Positions 22,419-34,373 of a stretch of 64,000 nt of DNA are shown here, one piece after another. Position 1 is the stretch's first letter. Each line of letters begins with the position of its first letter. The translations under genes were made by a program, and so were the position numbers. Source of the stretch: Cladosporium halotolerans (Eukaryota); NCBI RefSeq assembly GCF_011745625.1, contig NW_027191466.1, positions 248,001 to 312,000 of the forward strand, written 5' to 3'. The notes under the pieces are model-generated. The model searched no databases and was not told the DNA's origin. It saw only the letters and a list, made by a program, of their open reading frames with translations.

Positions 22419-22772
22419 ACGGGACAAACAAACTTCGCTCGCCTCAGCCAGCCCGGCGCGGCGACCGCGTGCGTGCACACCGACCTGACCGGCTCCTGGA
22501 CGAGGGCGGGCTGGCGGGTTTGCTGCGGCGGGCTCTGTCTTGCGTTGCGTTGCGGGCGGGCGGCGGAGATGGACATGCGAGTGATGCAGCGCTGTACAGC
22601 CTCGACAGCTCCCAGCAGCGGGGCTACGATCAAGGCCCGGCTCGAGGGATTGGGCCGCCTGGCCGCCCGCAGGTGCCAAACACGCCTAGGAGCGGGTGCT
22701 GGCAGTGGCAGTGGCAGTGGCAGTGGCCGTGGGCCGTGGCAGTGAGCGGCAGCATGCGGGCAGGGCAAGGGT

Positions 22773-22887
22773 GCATGGTGGATGATGGCTTGGATGCGTG
22801 GTGGATGATGGCGTGGATGCATGGTGGACGATGCCCTGGACGCATGGTGGACGATGTCTTGGATGCGTGGTGGACGAAGCCCTGCGT
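22773..22887. repeat. 23-bp minisatellite, 5 degenerate copies (consensus GCRTGGTGGAYGATGNCNTGGAY)
   Basis: Units start at 22773, 22796, 22819, 22842, 22865. Confidence 0.85.
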
Positions 22888-25492
22888 GCTCCATCGCGAC
22901 GCAGCAGCGCACCCAGCCGGCCCAGGCCCTCCACCACTCAGCTGTCAAAGGCAGCAACCGCGACACGTTCGCGCCCTTTTGCGCCATGCGGCCACCCACC
23001 ACGCTCCACCGCACTCCACCCCACCATCCGTGCCCTGCCAGCTTGACTCGGGAGCGCCGTCTCGTCTTGTCTGCATCCATCCATGAACGACCGGCCTCAG
23101 GCGCGGGCGATCTGTTCGAGCGATGTGATCATCGCGCGCGCGCGTGAGCGTGAGCGTGAGCGTGAGCGTGGGGCCTTTCTCTCTACCCACGCCTACAGCA
23201 GCGCCAGTAGCAAGTACGCCTTATGCACGCCCTCACGTCAGTCAAGGCAGTTGCCGGCAGGCGAGCGGGTCATAGGTATTTTTTTTCCCCCTTCTTTCTT
23301 CTCAGCGCCAGCAGCCGTTCATGCACGTCGCAAACGAACCGCCCAAGCAAGTCATCGTCACTCCCTTCCTTTCGTTTTTGCCCGACACCACACTCATGCA
23401 AGCAAGCAAGCAAGCCATCCGCGCTCCGCGCCGCCGCAATGCACGCAAGCAGCCGGGAGTGACAGCGCGCCGGGCTGGGCTGACCACGTAAGTATGTATG
23501 TAACGAGCGCCGGCAGCACGCATGCGTGCCCAGCGTCTGGCTGGCATAGGAAAGAGGACAGAAAAAAAAAGAAAAAAAAAAAAATAAACCGGCAAGGTCG
23601 CTCGTTTGCCGTTTGTCTGATCTGGTCGTTTCGTACGCGATCGGGTCCTGCTGGCGGTCAAAGCTGTTGCTGTTTGTTTGCGATGCGGCGACGGAGCCGA
23701 GGGAAAGAAAGGCTCGAGGATTTGTTCCTTTTTCTCCTCCTTTAGGCCTTGTGCAATGCTCGGCGCTGGAAGACCAGATCAGAGCACAGCAGAGCGGTCA
23801 TCTCTCGTCACGTCACCTACCGTACTGTAAGTGTAAGCGATCAAACGCCTCCATCTCAATCCGACACGACACGCGCGCGATCGCTCTCCTCAGGTTGCTC
23901 GGCCCCGCGCACGTACGCGACCCATCACGTCCCCCTCAGCTCGGGACAGATCAGATCAGATCAGTCCAGAGCCTCAACCCACCTCACCAAGCCAAAAGAA
24001 GAAAAACAGCAGCCTCGAAAACCCACCTCACGCGCCCACCGCATTGACCGCCCGCCCGCCCGCACAGCATCCCCATCCTGCCCTGCCATCCCAATCACAT
24101 CTCGAGAGCCGCAGACGCAACGCAGCGCATCACAATCCCAGAACCCGCACCGCGCACCGCGCAGCCCGCCGCCCCCTCAGCAACCGGAAGCAAAGCGAGG
24201 CTCCCACCGTCCTTTCGGCCCCGTCCACAGCCAACGTAAACGTAGCTTACTGCGTGTCGAGCCTGCGGCGACGCGAAGCGAAGCGACGTCGTACACCCAA
24301 GGGCACCGGTCCCAACCTAAGCAACGCTGCCGTCCGTCCGTCCGTCCGTCCGCCCGTCCGCCCCGTCCCAGACAAAACGTCCCGCGGGGAAGGAAAGGGA
24401 TCGGGTAGGGCGCTCGCTCCCTTCCTTCCGCTCGGCGCGGGCGGACGGGGGGGGCGGGGACGGCGAAGTTACAGCTTGATGGGGTTGGGGTCCACGGCGG
24501 GGGGTCCCTGGTGTGGAGCAAGCGAACAGAGTTTGATGGAGGAAGGGGGTCTTGCAAACGGACAAGAAGGGCGGTGAAGGGCGTTGTTTGCTTTTTGGGA
24601 TTGGATGCGTTGCATCGCTGGAGGGGCGGGGAGGGAGTGGTAGGTGGTAAGGTGATACGGTGGGGATTGGGCGTGTTGACAGGTTGGTTCTGCTTTCGCT
24701 TTGGCTTTGACGCGGTCAGGGGTGAGTTTCACGCCTACTGTAGGTCAGGCATGGAGCTGATAGAACGAGCCGTGTGATTTTTGTTGTTCGTACCCACCAG
24801 CTGGCTAGCAGCGTGGAAGTGAAATTCATCCCAAGGTAGCTGAAGATAGCCTAGGGTTGTGCCAACAAATCGATACATAACAGCAGCCGGGCAAAGAGCC
24901 ATCAGTCCCTCCAAGTATGCCTTGCCTGCCTGCCTTACCTTACCTTTCCAGGACGCGACTGTGACCGTGCCTTCCCAAAAAAACCTATCCCAGGTCCTCT
25001 CCACCCATCTCGTCCGCGGCCGCGCGAGCACCACAGCACGATAAAAAGTAACAATACAAAACCCAAGAAGAAAAACAAAAACCAAAGCACGATGCCAATC
25101 TGTACGATGCAGTAGCTCAAAGACTCGATCGCGAAGAAACCCACTGGGGTCGATGATTGCTCGATTGATTGATTGATTGATTGGAGAGAGTCGTGAAATC
25201 CGCCGCCGCCGCCGCCGACGACGACGAAGAAAAACCGTCACTGTGAATCCGGCCATGACGTGCGTTGTGCGTGCTGAAAGTAGGGAAGAAAGAACCAAGA
25301 AACCGGAGTGGTGGCCGCCAACTGGACCGGGAGCAGAGCGGCAGTCAGGTTTGCACCTGAGCTGAGAGCGTCGGTGAGCGCGCAGAGTCGCACCGCGAGA
25401 AAAGGACACCACATCAAGTGCTACCCGAGAGTAGCACCGGTGACGTCCGTTACGACCGCGTAGTCTTGGTCTTGAGGGAATGAAGAGAATCG

Positions 25493-26961
25493 TCAAGAGT
25501 CGTAGCTGTTCTGCCTCACCGCCTCGGAGTGCATCCGAGAGCCGGTGGGACAGCCGTGCGCGGTCGAAGGGCGGCTCGTGTAGCTATGCGAGCGGCCGGA
25601 GCGGAGCATTTCGCTGAGGAGCCGCTTGGGGCCGACGTACTCGACTTTGGGGAGGGAGAATTGCTTGGGTTGCTTGGTGTGGAAGCGGTCGCGGATTGTG
25701 TTGTCGACGAGTGCCATGAGGCCGGCGGAGACGATGACGCTGGGCAGGTGTTAGCGGGAATGTTTGAGTTGTGGATGCATCGATGTTGAACTCACTCTGA
25801 CACGTCCTTCTGGCTCCTCACGATTCTTTCGTCGGCAATCCACATGGAACAAGGTGCGATCCATCCACCTTTGTCCTCCTCTTCGAGAGCTTCCGCTCGT
25901 GACAGAGTCATAGGCATGATGTACGCAAGGACTTGCTCGCTCCCAGCTCTGACGAGGTGGAACGAGACTTCATCACGATCATGCTTCTTCTGGACAACGC
26001 GCTTCCAAGCATAATTCACACCCCAATAATCAAACTCATAGCGCTTGCCTGCCTTTGCGCCAACGCGCTTGACCTCGACTTGTGCATAATTTGAAAACTC
26101 CATCTTGATGGTATGCGACATGTGTTGCTCGGGCCTGGGCTCTTCATGGATCGAGATTGGCTCATCATCAGAGACGACAGAGTGCATCGATCCATAGCCA
26201 GAATCGTTGCGCTCCAGACTGGACATGGTAGGTGTCCTTGAATCCGATCTGGGCAGCATGCTGTTGAACGCATTGCTAAGGGAACGCTGAAAGCCAGGTC
26301 GCTTCTCCGCAGCGGGCTTCTGCGACTTCAACACTGAGTGGCACACCTCCCTGCCGGAATCCCTGCAATATCTGCGCAGTGAGAACTCACGCTCTTTCAA
26401 GTCGTGCATGCGCAGGTGGAACAATGTCATGTCGCACGCCCTCCTGCTGGTGTGCACCTCGGTGTCCACGCGCAGATTCATGTTTCCGTCAAGAGTGGAG
26501 TCGTCATGTCGGATGGCCAATCTCCGATGTGAAGGGAAGAGTTCTGAAAAATCCGAGGGCGTCGCAGGGATGACGGCGTCGTACTGCCGCGCGGTATACT
26601 CGGGCAATTCGAACTCATCCAGGTCATCGGCAAGGGCCTCCTCGCTGGGTCGCGTGGAGGCATATGTCTCCACCGACGTCTGCGGGCTCGCCAACGGCTC
26701 TTTCTCCGGGAAGAAGCGCACGGGATGTCTTTCTATCCTGCCATGACAGGTCTCATGGTGGCGGAGGACAGGCCTTGTCGGCGGTACCTCTTCCGAGTCG
26801 GCGGTGGTTGCAGTTTGATATGAGCGGTCGCTGTCGGAAGCGCGCTGTCGGTAGGAGGTGGAGCCTTCGCTGCTGGTGTTGGAGAGATGCGAGCGGTCGC
26901 TCTCATAAGCGTTGCGCATGTTCGCGTACTCTGCACGCTGGCGGAGTACGTGTGACGCCAT
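25493..26961 (-). CDS. Conserved fungal hypothetical protein, 470 aa; exons 26961-25796, 25739-25493
   Basis: Ser-rich N-terminus, then conserved-looking blocks IRHDDSTLDGNMNLRVDT, LFHLRMHDLKEREFSLRRYCRDSGREVC, EFSNYAQV, GGWIAPCSMWI, DVIVSAGLMALVD; canonical intron. Confidence 0.85.
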
Positions 26962-29900
26962 GCCTGTTCCTGCGGCACAGGTCGAGAGGGCCGGCGGGGA
27001 TAAAAAAGATGGGTCTCGCTGCAGAGGTGAGGCCGCTAATGTAGACAATGGACGTCGTAGCACCTGCGCTACCCAGTGGCGTGTGTCTGTGCCGATCGGC
27101 GCTGTGGTCCGCGGTGGTGCTCGCAATCGAGCGCGTAGGAGGCACGCGGTGGGTGTTGCAAGTGGTTCAAGATACTGTCGGCGGCGTCGCGTGTGCCCCT
27201 TGAGGCTCGGCGGTTTAGACTTTAGAGGGTAAGCATGGCTGTCTGGGGTGAGGATGGCGCGTCGGCAGATGGGCAGATGTAGTGAGCAGCAGTGAAAGAA
27301 AGTGAGAGCACGAGGCACGGGGAGAGCGAGCGGGTGGTGGCACAGAGGGAGAGGGCGGCGATGGGGGCGGTTATGGGCGGAGAGCGAGGCGCGACGAGGA
27401 GAGGGCGAGGGCGAGGGTGAGTAGTGATGCGCTGCGTCTGCTCGGGTGCAGGCAGGCGGCGCACGCGAGCCAGTGATGGCGCGCAGAGGAGTGACTGGCG
27501 GAGTGACTGGCTGAGTGGCCGCGGGATGATACGGGAGAGGGAGCGGGTGCCGCCTGGGGAGGATGCGCCGCGTGGGTGGGTGGATGGATGGATGGCCACG
27601 TTCGCAGTCTGGCTGAGCGGCCTCTGCCTGGCCGTGCCGCTGGTCTCGCCTGGGGCGGCGCGAAGGAGCGAACACGCTGGGGATGCTGGTGCTGCCTGCA
27701 GTCAATCAGTCCCCCCCCCGAGCCCCACCAACGCCCGCGCAGCGAATCCTCGGCCAACGCACCGCACCGACGCCTGCTGCCATGCCACCCTCGCCACGCC
27801 GGCCACCCTGGCCTAACTCACAAGCTACATACATACCCGGACCACCACCACGCTACATCCTGCACGCCCGCCGTCTCTTCACACGCCGCCCTGCCGCCGC
27901 CCAGCACACCTCCCTCGTGACGCTCTCCCTCACTCATCGCCCTAGGTATGCTCTGCTCTGCTCCAAGCTCGTGCGGACAGTCACGACTTGAGGGCGTGAC
28001 TTGCGTGGAGCTGGCCTATACCGTGTCCTGCCCTATGTCGCATCGTCTCGCCTGTAGCATCGGCCGGCGGCAGGCAGTCATGCGCTCCTTCACATCCTCC
28101 TGTCCACAATCACCTCCCTCTGACAGCCACCTCCCTCGGAACTGTAGCAGCTGTCACCAATAGTCCCGCGAAAAGCAATCCCATCCATCCAGTACCATCC
28201 TTCGGCCGATCTCGCACATCGCCAAAATCGCCTCCCACCTGTGAGTGCGAGCGAAATGCGGCCGCGCCATGTGCGTGGCGCGGGTGCGACAGATATGCAG
28301 CTACGCGCAGCTCTATCAGCGCCTTCTCGCTTCTTCTCACCACCACCTCGCCCGTTCGCAGTGTTAGCGCTGCCTCGCTCACTGTCGGTCTTCGCCATGC
28401 ACAGTAATCGCACGAAGGAGCAGAAGCCGATCGTAGTTCGCCCTTTCCTAGAAGGCTCTTCGGATCGTTCAGTCTCGTGGTCTCGGCCAGGTACACGTTG
28501 ATCAACTCCACCGCGCCACAAACCCCCAATCCCATCATTACCCGAAGCGTGGCATCCGCGGCCGCGTCGTTCAACACGCTTCGAATCACCGATGCGTCTT
28601 TCCCCGCTCGCGCCAGCATTCTATACTTCATGCCTGCCTATAGCGCTATACTACCACAGAGCTCTCTGCATGACCTGCTAAGGCTGCACCTTGCGCGACT
28701 ATGCATAATCTTGTTTCCCCTCCACCCGCGAATGAGAAAAGAACCTGCGCGGTCGCGGCCTCCGCATGCCTGTCAGGAGTACCTGTCACGAGATGTGCAT
28801 CGCACAAGATCGCACGATATCCATCGGCCAAACGACCATGCGACAGCGAGCGCGCAACAAGACGAATCTCGATTCCCATCGCTACCGTCCGCTCTAACAA
28901 AGTCTACAGCCGAGCAGTGGCGGAGACAAGACAGCACATCGTGCGAGGAGGCGAGCTGCGCTGCCCGTGACGAACTCGGCCCTTCCGGCCAACACTTCAC
29001 CACCACCCGCTGTCAAGTCTGATACTCGCCGCCCTACCTATGAAAAAGAGTTGACAGCAGCACGACAACGTCACGTCTCACACTTCCGGTACCGGCCTTG
29101 CCTCTCGCTTCCACGGCGCGGAAACCTCGTCGGACTGCCTATAGGACCATGCGAGCCCTGCAGCTGCTCGGCTGCCCGAAGAAGGTCCTTTTTCGTGTCT
29201 GTTCCTGTGGCGGTCAGCTGGAGGATTCGCTCGGATGGGCGCGGGTTGTGGCTGGACGGTAAGGTAACGTTCGGATGGTGTCCGATGTCTGGGCTGAGTG
29301 AGATTGGGGCCGACGGTGGTGCTGCCTCAGGAGCGAAGTGTTGGAGCGGGTTATTTCCCTCCTTCCGTAGACATAGTTGGCCCAGACGACGGACGGATAT
29401 CATCCATCGGGATTCAAATACGATGTTTGAGACGTCAAATCCAGCGCCAACACTCCCAGTACCGTTTCTTCGATATTAGCCTGGCCAGTCGTAGGAAGAG
29501 GGAGCTGTTCGAAATGCCCGCTTGCTAAATAACACGGGGATTCCATCCCGCTTGCACGAGACTTCACGGCTCGAGACTGGGGAGAGTGAGCCCCTTCTGT
29601 GGTCGATGTATGCTTCGCTCTGCGTCATGCTGTGCTCCCATCCATCGTTCTCCATGACGACGATCGCGAGCCGAACACTTGAGCGTAGGACTGGCTGCTG
29701 GAAGGCAAGCAACTTCCCACTCTCTTCTCCACCACTTTCCTTCCTCTCTAGGTCCCTGTTCAAGGCGCTTGTTGGAATCCGACGTGTCATAACACGTGAA
29801 CGGATGAACGAACGGACACGCCGGCGCGAAACCTACGCTGTACTGTGCCCGCATCGAACCACCCCCCAGCACCCACCACGCCCTCTCCGCTCAACACCAC

Positions 29901-30800
29901 ACCTCATATCCTACAACACCCAACCCTCGCCTTCCCGACTCCTCAAAACCCCGCCCATACATTGTTTCTTCAGCCCTATCCAACCCCCCTCCCCACCCCC
30001 AGATCGCCCAAGCCGCTCGCTCCCCGGCGCGAGCGTTTCAAGCAGAGTACATAGACAGCTACCGGACGCTGAGTCGAGCGCGCCGGTGCAGTTCCCACGC
30101 GACGAGAGGAGCCAACAGCCCGGAAAACGGATGGAAGAGGGGCGGGCGGCGCGGGGGGCTGAAACGACGGTGGGAGGGGTGGGTGTTGCGAGGGGCTGGA
30201 CTTCACTTGTTACTTAACTCTACTTTACTTCTCGTCGGATGGATTGGGCGACGAAGGGAAGGGCCGACGAGGGACAATTGCGAGATTGAAATGGCCACGA
30301 GCCACTGGGAAGTCTGCTGAAAATGAAAGCGGAGGTATGTAATGTGGTGGTCACGCTATGCTTTTCCTCGCTATGTATGTATACACGCACGACAGTACGT
30401 ACATAAAACTCGGGCATGAAAACCAAAAACCGGCGTCAGACAGAACCAGCCGGCTGCGCAGAGACGGCGCCGCCGTCTTACCGGAGTCGCCCACCACTTT
30501 GCTTTGCTAAGAAGCGAAGTATAGAAACATGAACATTGGCGAAATGCCATGCGTAGACACGCTAGACAAAGAAGCTAGATTCGCCGCGGTACATGTATTG
30601 AAGCCCTGCCCCAAAAAGTTCGGATTTTTTGAACCCCAAAAAAAAGAATCCAAGCCGCTAGAAAGATGGGAAGAAAATGGTAGTGTATCCGAAGAAGAAG
30701 AAAGTACGAAAAGTTCGTGGCCGTCGTGGCATGATTTGCTTGACGAGAGAGAAAAAAAAAAAAGCCCTCTCTCGATCACGAGCTAGTGCAATACTTTCGC

Positions 30801-32228
30801 TTACACGTGGCGGGCGTGCCTGGGGTGGGCGTGGCGGCGGTAGGCCTGGACGGTCTCGGTGGCGTACGCCATGTCGGTGACGGTGGCGTAGGCGTTGACG
30901 GTCTCGTAGACGGTCTCGTAGACGACGTTGGGGTTGCCCTGGTCCGCGGCGGCCTTGGTCACGAGGGTCGTGGCCTGGGCCTGGGGAGCGGGGGCGGAGT
31001 AGGCCGGGGGAGCAGAGGTGTACTGCGGGGCGGGGGCGGCCTCCTCGGAGGAAGGAGCGGGGGCGGCCATCTCCTTCTTCTTGTAGGAGTCGGGGGACGG
31101 GGCGGGGGCGGAGGAGGAAGAAGCCTGGTCGTTGCTCTGGGAGTCGGAGGAGCCGCCGGTGGAGCCGTAAGAGGTCATGCCGTTGACGGCGGCGGGGGTC
31201 TGGATGTGGTCGAACTGCTGGGAGAGGTGCTTGCCAGCGTTCTGGGGGCCGGAGCCGCCAGACTTGCAGGTGGCCTGGTTACCCTTGCAGTAGTCCTGGA
31301 AGATCTTGCAGCCCTCGAGGCCGGTGGCGCCGGCGGTGTCGTAGCACTCGTCGAGCTGGGCCCAGCAGTCCTTGTCGGCGTCCCAGCAGCTGTCCTCGTC
31401 GTTCCAGCTGGGGACCTCAACACCGCACCAGTTGCGGTTGGAGACGATGGTGCCCTCCTTGGGGAGGCCGGTGGTCTGCTTCAGGTCGTTCATGGCGGAG
31501 CCCTTGTTGACGGACTTGTAGACGTCAGGGCCGGGGACGGTGTAGGGCTTGAGGGGCTTCTCGAAGGGGTTGTAGGTGGTGCCGGGGTCCTCGCCGGTGA
31601 CGTGACCGGGGATGGAGACGGTCTCGGCGGGGCCCTCGGAGCCAGAAGACTGGAGGAAGACCTGGGCGCAGCCGATGTAGAACTCGGGCTGGTGCTTCTC
31701 GGGGATGTTGTGGAGGGCGAGGAGCTCGGGCCTGACGAGGTAGTCGCCACCCTGGAGGGACTCGGGGATCTTGACGGTGATGCGGCCGTTGTTGTCGATC
31801 ATGTTCCAGGTGCACCACTGGCCGGAGGACTCGACGTAGCCCTCGTCCCAGAGCTTGAACCAGCCGTCGCCGGTGGCGGAGTCCTGGGTGGCGTCCTCGA
31901 CCTTCTTCAGGTAGACGGAGCAGGGACCCATGTGGCCCTTGGCGAGAGACTGCCTGGAGGGGTCATCGGGCCACTGGCGGTACTCGAAGGTGAGCTCCTG
32001 GCCGGCGTTCATGCCGCAAGTGCGGGCAACACCCATGGTGCCGTCCTGGCCGCAAGCCATGTCGCTGGAGCCCAGGTCGATGATGGGGTCGACGGCACCG
32101 TCGGCGTTGTTGGGAGAACGGATGCAGGTGCCGGAGCCCTGGCCCTCGCCGTCGACGTAGATCTCGGACATGAGGGTGTGGGCGGTCGCGCCGGCCGCCA
32201 GGGCCAGAGTCGCTGCGGTGTACTTCAT
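30801..32228 (-). CDS. Secreted AA9 (GH61) lytic polysaccharide monooxygenase with C-terminal Cys-rich module and low-complexity tail, 475 aa, intronless
   Basis: Signal peptide ending ATA|H (His1), GHMGPC, GWFKLW, YLVRPELLALH, EFYIGCAQ, Y-x-VPGP. Confidence 0.93.
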   Translation of the reverse strand: MKYTAATLALAAGATAHTLMSEIYVDGEGQGSGTCIRSPNNADGAVDPIIDLGSSDMACGQDGTMGVARTCGMNAGQELTFEYRQWPDDPSRQSLAKGHMGPCSVYLKKVEDATQDSATGDGWFKLWDEGYVESSGQWCTWNMIDNNGRITVKIPESLQGGDYLVRPELLALHNIPEKHQPEFYIGCAQVFLQSSGSEGPAETVSIPGHVTGEDPGTTYNPFEKPLKPYTVPGPDVYKSVNKGSAMNDLKQTTGLPKEGTIVSNRNWCGVEVPSWNDEDSCWDADKDCWAQLDECYDTAGATGLEGCKIFQDYCKGNQATCKSGGSGPQNAGKHLSQQFDHIQTPAAVNGMTSYGSTGGSSDSQSNDQASSSSAPAPSPDSYKKKEMAAPAPSSEEAAPAPQYTSAPPAYSAPAPQAQATTLVTKAAADQGNPNVVYETVYETVNAYATVTDMAYATETVQAYRRHAHPRHARHV

Positions 32229-34373
32229 GATGCTGGTGTTGATATGTGTCGTGGATTGGGGGGGGATTGGTCGTAACGGAAACGGTCTTCACAACGCTGC
32301 GCAGAAATGAATGGATGCGGTGAGTCGCGGACTGTGAAAAGAGAGTGGGCGCAAAGAGCTGCGAAAGACTGGACGTTGCGATGGAGCAAGCAACAAGTAG
32401 GCGCGGTGGGCAGAAGGAAACGATATAAATCAGGAGAGGGAGGGCGAAGTCTAATCGGCGCGGAGGCAGTTGATGTGCAGATCGTGAAACACGGCGGAGA
32501 GCTTGGCGGCGCGGGCGGGCCAGGAACGCGGTGGGCAAGCGCGCGGGCGCGCGAACCTTGTCTGCGGCTGCTGGCGGGCTCAGGCACGCAGGCCCCGTGA
32601 CTGGCTGGCGGCAGCAGTCCGAGGGCCCTGCGCGGTGTTCAGCAGGCGCCGGCAGCGGTGGGCGGCAGGCGGCGGCCCCACCGCAATCTTACCACCGCCC
32701 GCGAGCGAAGCTTGGCTCACGACTGCGGCTGCGCGCCTCGTGTTGTGAGGCGACACCGCAGATTGGGGGGCCCACCGCAGCATTCTGGCCCAGCGATCAG
32801 CGGTGGTGATGACCCGGCCGCGGAGCGTGTGAGCGTGTGCGAGTGTGAGCCTCGACGATGGCAGGCCGTCATCGCCCACCCGCGGACTATTGCTCGGCGA
32901 TGCGTGTCGATCTGTTGACAAGCAATGCTTGTGGCTGAGATTGATCGTGAGCTAGCAGCCGGTGCTCGACCTGGCGTCTGCAGAAGAGCAGAACGCCGGC
33001 AACGCTCTAGCAGTTATACCCTCGCGGCCGAGCAAGAATCATCGCAGCAGCACTCAAATCTGCTCAAACACCCTCTCTGCAACTCTTCCAACGCGTGCCT
33101 CAGTACACGCTCCCCTCACCACGCGCCGTCCGAAGGCATCAGGTACCCACAAACTTCGGCCAGCACCCCGGGAGCGACAGGGATGAACCGCTCCCTCCCT
33201 GCTCCCTGCAAGAGCCCCATGCCTGCCGCCTCGGACCCGCGAGCAGCAAGGCAGGCAGCACAACCGCGGTCAAGCACTCATCGCGCGCGCGCGCACAAGC
33301 GCCCACGGCGCCATGGTAAGGCATGTCTCAACTCCCGCCAGCCACACGCTCCCCTTCGATGCATCCCCTCTGAGACGCGTCTCGTCCAGCACGAAACACG
33401 TCAGATTCGGCGCCCCGCGCAGAACAGAGACCTCTGACTCGGGGGTGCCAGGCGCCTCGAACAGTGACGACAGACAGCCAGAAAAACCACCCGCCCGTCC
33501 GTCTGTCTGTCCGTCCCCACGCACGAGAGAGAGAGAAAAGGACGCACGAGCGATTTCCGGCCAGCCAGTGTATCAGCCCTACAAATTTCCCTCCATCCCG
33601 GTCGCGCGCGCGCGCGTGTGGAGCGGAGCAAGTCCCACCGCCCAGCAGCGGCGATTCCGCAATCACGTCTGCGACGCCGAAACGCGCCGAGTCTTTGCTT
33701 GATTCTTGAGCCAATGTTGGCACACGGACTGCGAAGGGAGACCCGCGCTCTCGTCAGCCCGGGGACCCGCTGCAGAGGGTGCGCGCGAATGTTCTAGGCT
33801 TTTTTTTGGGGGAGTGAGATTTGGTGTCTTCTGGGAGGATGCGGCCTGAGGCCTGGCGTCGACTTCGGATTTTAGAGTAGGTAATCTCGCGCCGGAGCGG
33901 CCGGGATTGGGCTGGTTGATTGCTGCGCTGGCCTGGCGGGCGGGACGAGGAATCTCGCTTGTTTTGTTTGCTGCGATGGATATGACGGGCGTCGTCAGCC
34001 CGTTTTATTTTCAACGGTCGGTGCTCGCTGTTAGAAGGTTGACGTCGACGTTGGTCGGGATGATGAAGATGTCACTGGGCCAGACATGCATGGCCTGGTG
34101 ACAACAGTCTTGCTTCGTCCTGTCTGAGGCTGGACGGCTGTGTCGACCAACGCGGACAATGTCGTCCGTCTCGACTGGCGCGATCCGCACGCTGGCTGTC
34201 TTCCATTCACCACCCTCACTCACAGATTTGACGACGCTTGAGAATCATCCATCAGGAACATTCATCAATCATACGGGCTTTCTGCTTTCAAGCCCTGTCA
34301 TTACTAACACTCAGAGCCCTCAATCGCCGTCCCTCCCGTCCTCAAACGCCTAATCGCAAACAACAACACCCAC

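Noticed and set aside
22773..22887. 23-bp repeats as a CRISPR-like array
   Set aside because: Head-to-tail degenerate units with no spacers, in a fungal genome with no cas genes.
21555..24577. Long ORFs (up to 396 aa) in the repeat-rich intergenic region
   Set aside because: Produced by microsatellites and high GC (GMGMGM, WAWAWA, ERERER); no coding signature.
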